Of a stretch of DNA of 18,275 nt, positions 15,401 to 18,275 are shown in pieces. The stretch comes from Balanoglossus misakiensis (lineage: Eukaryota > Animalia > Hemichordata), in NCBI GenBank assembly GCA_040954595.2, contig CM082591.2:6720707-6738981 (forward strand). Direction: 5' to 3'. The stretch's first letter is position 1, and each line of letters starts with the position of its first letter. A model generated the notes under the pieces. It was given only the letters and a program-made list of their open reading frames with translations. It was not told the origin of the DNA and did not search any database. The position numbers and the translations under genes were made by a program.

Positions 15401-18275
15401 CCTGGGGTTACAGACGTATGCTGTTGCCCTCATGGCCAGTCAATATGTGTATAATGTCCTATACTGGATCTTCAACGTACCAGTTCTTGATTAGGTGAGT
15501 TGGCTTTGTGTTACATGTACTGGTATCCTAGGACTGTGACATGTATGTATATGCAATTAACAGTGTTGATAATTGTGTCCATGTAGATTCAACTGCAAGA
15601 TACTTTAGATGAACATGTACAGTTAAAGAAAAAAGCACAACTTCTTCAGAAAAGATTAGCAGCAGCATTGGAATCTGAGCAGGTAATAAGTGATTTCAAT
15701 ATTTAGTTTTACAAGTTTCATTTTCAGTTTTCATGTTGTCTCACAAAGATTTGCATTTAAATTTGTGAGACGGAAAAGGAATTTTTCTATAATCATTTGT
15801 AACTTGTTTTCTATTTGAAAATTGTTATTATTGACATGAATAATACACAAATGTAACAACTAACATTAAGTGAAGGGGTCATCGCACCGTGTTTGTTTGT
15901 TTATAAACATTACCGTTCATCCACAAATCCCTGAAATTAGATAATTCTTAGAATGAACGAAGCAGCCAACCGTAGCGTTGACTGGGCATGGCAGCAACTG
16001 AAGATCCTAGTACTAGGTCGTGGTGACTGCAGTGGGGATTGCGCTGGTATGGGAGGACATATTCTCATCAAGGGGGACACCCATGCGGCGCGACGACTGC
16101 TTCCCTTTAAGTGTTGGATATGTATGCATTGATCAGATGAATGATTTAAACTTCACTGTTTCTTTTCACACTTTCCAGCAATTAGAAACAAGAATTAAAC
16201 AAATGACACTTCAAAATGACGTCGAGATTAAAAACCGTGATAAGGAAATCAAAGACAAGACTGATCTTATTGACAAAGTACAGCAACAAGAGAAGGCATT
16301 ACGCACCGAGAAAGAAAAGTATGTATATAGTCCAACCTCTGTTAGTGGCCACTTCTATACAGTGGCCATTATATTACAGTCCCTGTGCAATTTACATGTG
16401 CCTAAATTGACCTGCCTTTAAAGGCCAGTTCAGGAAAGTCCCTTGAGTCACTATATAGACAGGTTTGACTGTATCCATTTTTGCTCCCCAGGATTCCTTG
16501 AAATAAGCGAGGATTATGACACTATCTACCTATCAATCATTTAAGAAAATATGAAACTTGTCAAACCTAGGAAGGTTATTATAAAAAAAAAACACACTGG
16601 TTTATTAGAACAGTAAAACCTTTCGTAAACAAACCCTGTCTTATCTGGAAACCTGTCTATAATGAACACCCTTTCCTATCACTTTGACGTAGAACCACAT
16701 ATTAAAAGAACCTCTATAAACCTGACACCTCTGCAAACTGAACAGTTTCTTCAGTCCCCTTGGTGTCTGATTTAAACAGCTTTTATCGTACATGTTTTTG
16801 TGTTCAACATGTAATAATTTGATTTGTTGATTGTTACAACGCTTTGGAAAATAGAGTAACTGTTACTTGTTCAGTGTTCAGAAAGTCAGTTTATCGAATG
16901 AGTTTGTATAACATAATTGTATCTGTCATGCTTGTAGATTGTCTTCACAATTGATGGAGAAAAATGACGAAGCCGTGTATGTGAGAAGTATGCTTACCAA
17001 TGAGAGGTAAATCAACACAAACAATATTGTTTGTTACTGTAAATTGTTATGTGCAAAACAAAAATATCAACAAGAAAAGCAATCCTGTGGAATGTGAATC
17101 GCAACAAGTGCAATATACCATAGAGGGCGCCATAATAATGACAATCAGAAGTACCGTAATCACTCTATCAGTTCGACCACTCCATTAATTCACCCAACCA
17201 CTATTCTTTGGAAAATTAATTATTTTGTAACCTTCATTTGTTTGACCACTGATTAAATGCATGTGTTGATAGTGTGTATTTTTCATGAAAATATCTGCAA
17301 CTTTGACCTTCCAAGGTATTCTGAACTCACTGATTTTATTCTGGCTGACCTTAAACAATTCAATTCTATCATAAATATCACCTAAACTACATGCTGATAG
17401 TGCATACAGTTCATGCTATGCAAACATGCCCCCTGAAAAATTATTCAAGCACTTTGAGTGGCCATTTTTTTTTGTTATTTTATTTCTATTAGTTTGTCTT
17501 TTCACAAATCATATTTATTTTTTTCTGGTCGAACTGATGGAGTGATTCCAGTAAACTGTCATCGATCTGTAACACCCAGCCTATATCCAGGCCAGAGGCC
17601 AAACATCTTGTGCGTCTCAAAGTCAATGTGCCAAAATGGTTCCTCATGTATCACATGAGGACATTGACAGTTCACATCTGGTTATTCTCTTCGCAGGAGT
17701 CAATGGACGTCGGAGAAAAAGCAGCTAGAGGAGGCCAACGCAGTAGTCGAGGCAAATTATAAGGTGGCCATGATGAGAGCCATAAATGCTGAGGTATGTC
17801 TACAGTAGAGCATCCCTTGTACAGTTTTTTTTTTATGGCAGCCTTAACCCTTTCACCCCCCAGTTCCCTCTTTAGAGGTCCAACCTTACCATAGAAAACA
17901 ATGGGTTTGGACCAAACCATGGTGGTGAAAGGGTTAAAGCCCCTACCGTATTTTTAATTCATAAAAAAAAAATTCAATCTTCTCCTTATCCTAAGTCGAC
18001 AGATGACACTATTTTGACTTTGTGGGGATATTGAATGCCATGTTTGCATACTGCAATACCTGTGTATATATAACTAATCCATAGTTAGAAGTGCTCTTTT
18101 GGTAGTGAGGATATTGTATTGTATTGTATTGTATTGTATTGTATTGTATTGTATTGTATTGTATTGTATTGTATTGTATTGTATTGTGTGGTAATTTGTA
18201 TTGTATTTTCCATTTGGTCTAGGTGAAAGTACTAGAAGTGCAATTGAAAACTGACTGTGAACCCTATGAAATGAA
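431..18275 (+). CDS. TTC3: TTC3-like E3 ubiquitin-protein ligase (TTC3/DZIP3 family), partial, 19 exons: join(431..487,961..1140,1708..1845,2432..2512,5135..5244,6590..6716,9129..9353,9783..9875,10333..10582,11179..11342,11614..11664,11801..11871,12684..12854,13756..14947,15587..15682,16179..16318,16938..17006,17697..17793,18223..>18275)
   Basis: All introns are GT..AG and phases match across all 18 junctions with no stop (3,365 nt). Motifs resemble vertebrate TTC3 as I recall it: [52 protein letters not shown]...[19 protein letters not shown] and RAINAEVKVLE. It could be a pro-ortholog of both TTC3 and DZIP3. Confidence 0.9.
961..1140 (+). CDS. TTC3: TTC3-like exon 2, charged linker [19 protein letters not shown]...DPNDMPEKK
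   Basis: cccctag acceptor, AAG|gtatgt donor, 180 nt open, purine-rich coding composition. Confidence 0.8.
1430..1602 (+). mobile_element. hAT-like MITE family C copy 1
   Basis: Imperfect TIR CAGTGTGCCCTCT..TAA / TTAGAAGGCACACT; 8-bp flanks ctcaaatg / ctcatatg (7/8 match); inverted copy at 10965-11118. Confidence 0.8.
1708..1845 (+). CDS. TTC3: TTC3-like exon 3, TPR-like helix [12 protein letters not shown]...[17 protein letters not shown]
   Basis: ttaacag acceptor, AAG|gtaggt donor, 138 nt, phase 0/0, TPR-type A..Y..A pattern. Confidence 0.85.
1886..2349 (+). repeat. Compound tetranucleotide microsatellite (TCTG/TATG/TAGG/TGGA plus TG), probably within a Helentron-associated (HINE/DINE-1-like) remnant
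   Basis: Array ~1944-2349 is seen directly. It is preceded by a T-run, an imperfect hairpin (ggcccattggt..accatgggtcc) and cgtctgtctgtc, matching HINE architecture (inference). Confidence 0.75.
2432..2512 (+). CDS. TTC3: TTC3-like exon 4, [27 protein letters not shown]
   Basis: ttttcag acceptor, CAG|gtaaga donor, 81 nt, phase 0/0. Confidence 0.88.
2580..2665 (+). mobile_element. piggyBac-like ~86-bp MITE family D, diverged copy
   Basis: CCCTTTCACC...GTGAAAGGA; internal sequence aligns with 17848-17933. Confidence 0.75.
2921..4511. mobile_element. Tc1/mariner-pogo-type MITE E (~177 bp when empty), split by a nested 1.4-kb element
   Basis: TIR C(T)GTAAAACTCCAATTATCCGAAC / GTTCGGATAGTTGGAGTTTTACTG, TA on both flanks, internal TATCCGAA repeats. 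Confidence 0.85.
3043..4452. mobile_element. Unclassified non-autonomous TIR element (1,410 bp), 4-bp TSD TGCA
   Basis: TIR CAGCCAGAACGCAAC(A/G)CCTTCATTA(G/A)CATAT at both ends, TGCA on both flanks, CpG-rich interior with diverged direct repeats, no recognisable transposase ORF. Confidence 0.85.
4742..4936. mobile_element. Fold-back MITE carrying head-to-head TTAGGG/CCCTAA repeats (Mutator-like?)
   Basis: Long TIR ATCTGGTTCACTTAGTGGACACGACTATA / TATAGTCGTGTCCACTAAGTGAACCAGAT; flanks caaaaatta / caaaatta suggest an 8-9-bp TSD. Confidence 0.8.
5135..5244 (+). CDS. TTC3: TTC3-like exon 5, [36 protein letters not shown](R)
   Basis: ttctag acceptor, AG|gtagga donor, phase 0/2; TPR-like LAYYGKG. 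Confidence 0.9.
5296..5642. mobile_element. Kolobok/T2-type fold-back MITE family B copy 1
   Basis: TTAA|AGGGACAAAGTCTCTCTCTCG ... CGAGAGAGAGACTTTGTGCCT|TTAA; palindromic along nearly its whole length. Confidence 0.9.
5919..6434. mobile_element. MITE family A copy 2, interrupted by family B copy 2
   Basis: TA|CAGTCAAACC ... GGTTTGACTG|TA; both halves align to 154-315. Confidence 0.85.
6019..6364. mobile_element. Kolobok/T2-type fold-back MITE family B copy 2 (nested in A2)
   Basis: TTAA|AGGGACAAAGTC ... GACTTTGTCCCT|TTAA; colinear with copy 1. Confidence 0.9.
6590..6716 (+). CDS. TTC3: TTC3-like exon 6, [12 protein letters not shown]...[18 protein letters not shown]
   Basis: ttatag acceptor (phase 2), AAG|gttggt donor; WP....EES motif of TTC3. 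Confidence 0.88.
6802..7192. mobile_element. Possible older Kolobok/T2-type element abutting B copy 3
   Basis: Starts TTAA|AGGGACATCAGCTGTAAC; the putative right end (aaatataacagtgctttatgctctct|TTAA) matches only weakly. Confidence 0.35.
7197..7512. mobile_element. Kolobok/T2-type fold-back MITE family B copy 3 (central deletion)
   Basis: TTAA|AGGGACCAAGTC ... GACTTTGTCCCT|TTAA; about 30 bp missing at the hairpin tip. Confidence 0.9.
7589..9052 (+). mobile_element. Crypton-like non-autonomous element (hairpin + IR-bounded tail), split by a nested 993-bp element
   Basis: Hairpin 7589-7737 centred on CGCCCGATGCGCAGCGGAGGACG; 14-bp inverted repeat ATTATTATACATCT (7729-7742) / AGATGTATAATAAT (9039-9052). 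Crypton label is from recalled Eulor5/6-type architecture. Confidence 0.6.
7892..8884. mobile_element. Unclassified non-autonomous TIR element (993 bp), 4-bp TSD AGTG
   Basis: Perfect 26-bp TIR CAGTCAGGACGTAAGTGGGGTAATTA (7892-7917 / 8859-8884), AGTG on both flanks; internal direct repeat GAGTCAAGGACCACAATTTA (~8293, ~8620). Confidence 0.88.
9129..9353 (+). CDS. TTC3: TTC3-like exon 7, Cys/His-rich TTC3/DZIP3 domain ([16 protein letters not shown]...[10 protein letters not shown]...HDK)
   Basis: ttgcag acceptor, AAG|gtgagt donor, 225 nt; strongest similarity to TTC3 ([17 protein letters not shown]). Confidence 0.95.
9472..9706 (+). mobile_element. Kolobok/T2-type MITE family F copy 1
   Basis: Imperfect TIR AG..AAGGGGTCATCGCACCGCGT / ACGCGGCGCGACGACCCATTCCCT; TGAA on both flanks; colinear with 15870-16106. 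Confidence 0.8.
9783..9875 (+). CDS. TTC3: TTC3-like exon 8, [31 protein letters not shown]
   Basis: gaccag acceptor, GAG|gtaagt donor, 93 nt; C.TPDCE motif continues the exon 7 domain. Confidence 0.93.
10094..10178 (-). mobile_element. piggyBac-like MITE family D, inverted copy
   Basis: TTAA|CCCTTTCACC ... GGTGAAAGGG|TTAG; reverse complement of 17848-17933 with about 5 differences. Confidence 0.85.
10333..10582 (+). CDS. TTC3: TTC3-like exon 9, Lys-rich then Asp/Gly-rich low-complexity segment
   Basis: gtatag acceptor, G|gtaagt donor, phase 0/1, overlaps ORF 10381..10644. Confidence 0.88.
10965..11118 (-). mobile_element. hAT-like MITE family C copy 2 (inverted)
   Basis: Reverse complement of 1430-1602 (e.g. 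GGATAATTTTCTTGAGTCACCAGTGAGTT); ends TTAGAGGGCGCACTG; no clear TSD. Confidence 0.78.
11179..11342 (+). CDS. TTC3: TTC3-like exon 10, Ser/Pro-rich linker [11 protein letters not shown]...[14 protein letters not shown]
   Basis: strong polypyrimidine tract + cag, GCT|gtgagt donor, phase 1/0. Confidence 0.85.
11614..11664 (+). CDS. TTC3: TTC3-like exon 11, [17 protein letters not shown]
   Basis: ttgacag acceptor, AAG|gtacag donor, 51 nt, phase 0/0 (could be skipped without a frameshift). Confidence 0.7.
11801..11871 (+). CDS. TTC3: TTC3-like exon 12, [23 protein letters not shown](R)
   Basis: tttgcag acceptor, AG|gtaaaa donor, phase 0/2; supplies the phase change needed to join exon 13. Confidence 0.78.
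12684..12854 (+). CDS. TTC3: TTC3-like exon 13, [25 protein letters not shown]...EKLKESLF(S)
   Basis: ttctag acceptor, TC|gtaagt donor, phase 2/2; PF.VP..LR....FE motif as recalled for TTC3. Confidence 0.88.
12879..13034 (+). repeat. Diverged tandem duplication of a ~70-85-bp G-tract unit
   Basis: Two copies of AAGTCC-G(n)-ATAGATT.GGCTCTGTG.GTGCAGATGT.TG.A.CCAT.GCTCAGAC (12879-12947; ~12960-13034). Confidence 0.8.
13088..13256. mobile_element. Truncated TA-type MITE (Tc1/mariner-like) with AAATTT(T)CGC repeats
   Basis: TA|CTGTAAAGCGGGAAAATTTCATGA with partial inverted match CGTGAAAATTTCCC; right terminus missing. Confidence 0.5.
13464..13536 (+). mobile_element. piggyBac-like MITE family D, degraded copy
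   Basis: TTAA|CCCTTTCACCCTCAGTTCC...CAACCTTACCATTGGAAACAATGGCTTTGGAC; right TIR lost. Confidence 0.65.
13756..14947 (+). CDS. TTC3: TTC3-like exon 14 (1,192 nt): winged-helix-like segment [12 protein letters not shown]...[17 protein letters not shown] followed by a long disordered region
   Basis: ccttgcaaag acceptor (phase 2), CAG|gtaact donor; coincides with the 408-aa ORF 13748..14974. Confidence 0.92.
15060..15455 (-). mobile_element. Second Crypton-like hairpin element (different family, opposite orientation)
   Basis: Hairpin 15238-15450 (ACACATATTGACTGGC...GCCAGTCAATATGTGT) with central GGCCTTTGGCCTCGGG; tail bounded by TTATAACACAC (15061) / GTGTGTTACAA (15226); ends in TATAAT. Confidence 0.6.
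15587..15682 (+). CDS. TTC3: TTC3-like exon 15, coiled coil [32 protein letters not shown]
   Basis: atgtag acceptor, CAG|gtaata donor, 96 nt, heptad-like Leu spacing. Confidence 0.87.
15870..16106 (+). mobile_element. Kolobok/T2-type MITE family F copy 2
   Basis: TTAA on both flanks; colinear with 9472-9706. Confidence 0.8.
16179..16318 (+). CDS. TTC3: TTC3-like exon 16, coiled coil [14 protein letters not shown]...ALRTEKE(K)
   Basis: ctttccag acceptor, AA|gtatgt donor, phase 0/2. Confidence 0.88.
16328..16471. mobile_element. MITE family A copy 3
   Basis: TA|TAGTCCAACCTCTGTTAGTGGCCAC ... ACAGGTTTGACTG|TA; aligns with 154-315. Confidence 0.82.
16611..16788. mobile_element. Degraded CAGT-terminus MITE (Tc1/mariner-pogo type)
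   Basis: CAGTAAAACC ... AGCTTTTATCG|TA with internal ACCT(G/C)T(C)TATAA and CAGTCCC motifs like families A and E. Confidence 0.5.
16938..17006 (+). CDS. TTC3: TTC3-like exon 17, [22 protein letters not shown](R)
   Basis: cttgtag acceptor, AG|gtaaat donor, phase 2/2. Confidence 0.8.
17697..17793 (+). CDS. TTC3: TTC3-like exon 18, [14 protein letters not shown]...MRAINAE
   Basis: tcttcgcag acceptor, GAG|gtatgt donor, phase 2/0; W..EK..LE and RA..AE motifs of the TTC3 coiled coil. Confidence 0.9.
17848..17933 (+). mobile_element. piggyBac-like 86-bp MITE family D, intact copy
   Basis: TTAA|CCCTTTCACC ... GGTGAAAGGG|TTAA. Confidence 0.9.
18112..18186 (+). repeat. (TATTG)15 pentanucleotide microsatellite
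   Basis: Perfect array read directly, ending 36 nt upstream of exon 19. Confidence 0.97.
18223..18275 (+). CDS. TTC3: TTC3-like exon 19 (runs off window), [17 protein letters not shown]
   Basis: ggtctag acceptor; open to window end; continues RAINAE-V..LE. Confidence 0.82.
   Translation, partial: MKVLEVQLKTDCEPYEM

Noticed and set aside
1-18275. CRISPR array, RNA genes or a prokaryotic/viral system
   Set aside because: No regularly spaced repeat-spacer array and no recognisable tRNA or rRNA; spliceosomal exon-intron structure plus transposons explains the window

Overview
AT-rich eukaryotic (animal) genomic DNA. The whole window lies inside one + strand multi-exon gene, a TTC3-like (TTC3/DZIP3 family) E3 ubiquitin ligase. 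I read 19 GT-AG exons (431 to the window end) that splice in compatible phases into about 1,120 uninterrupted codons: a charged linker, TPR-like helices, the Cys/His-rich TTC3/DZIP3 domain, a winged-helix-like segment and a long coiled coil. The start codon and the expected C-terminal RING lie outside the window. Most ORF-track entries are exon read-throughs, antisense shadows or repeat-derived. The introns are packed with non-autonomous DNA transposons: TA-flanked Tc1/mariner-pogo-type MITEs, TTAA/AGGRR (Kolobok/T2-type) fold-back MITEs, tiny piggyBac-type MITEs, hAT-type MITEs, Crypton-like hairpin elements, a telomere-repeat fold-back element and a Helentron/HINE-like microsatellite. There are three nested insertions. 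The most unusual signal is a pair of 1.0-1.4 kb elements sharing CAGYCAGRACGYAA termini and 4-bp TSDs, which I cannot assign to a superfamily. I found no transposase, RNA gene or CRISPR array. Family assignments come from recalled motifs, not database searches.
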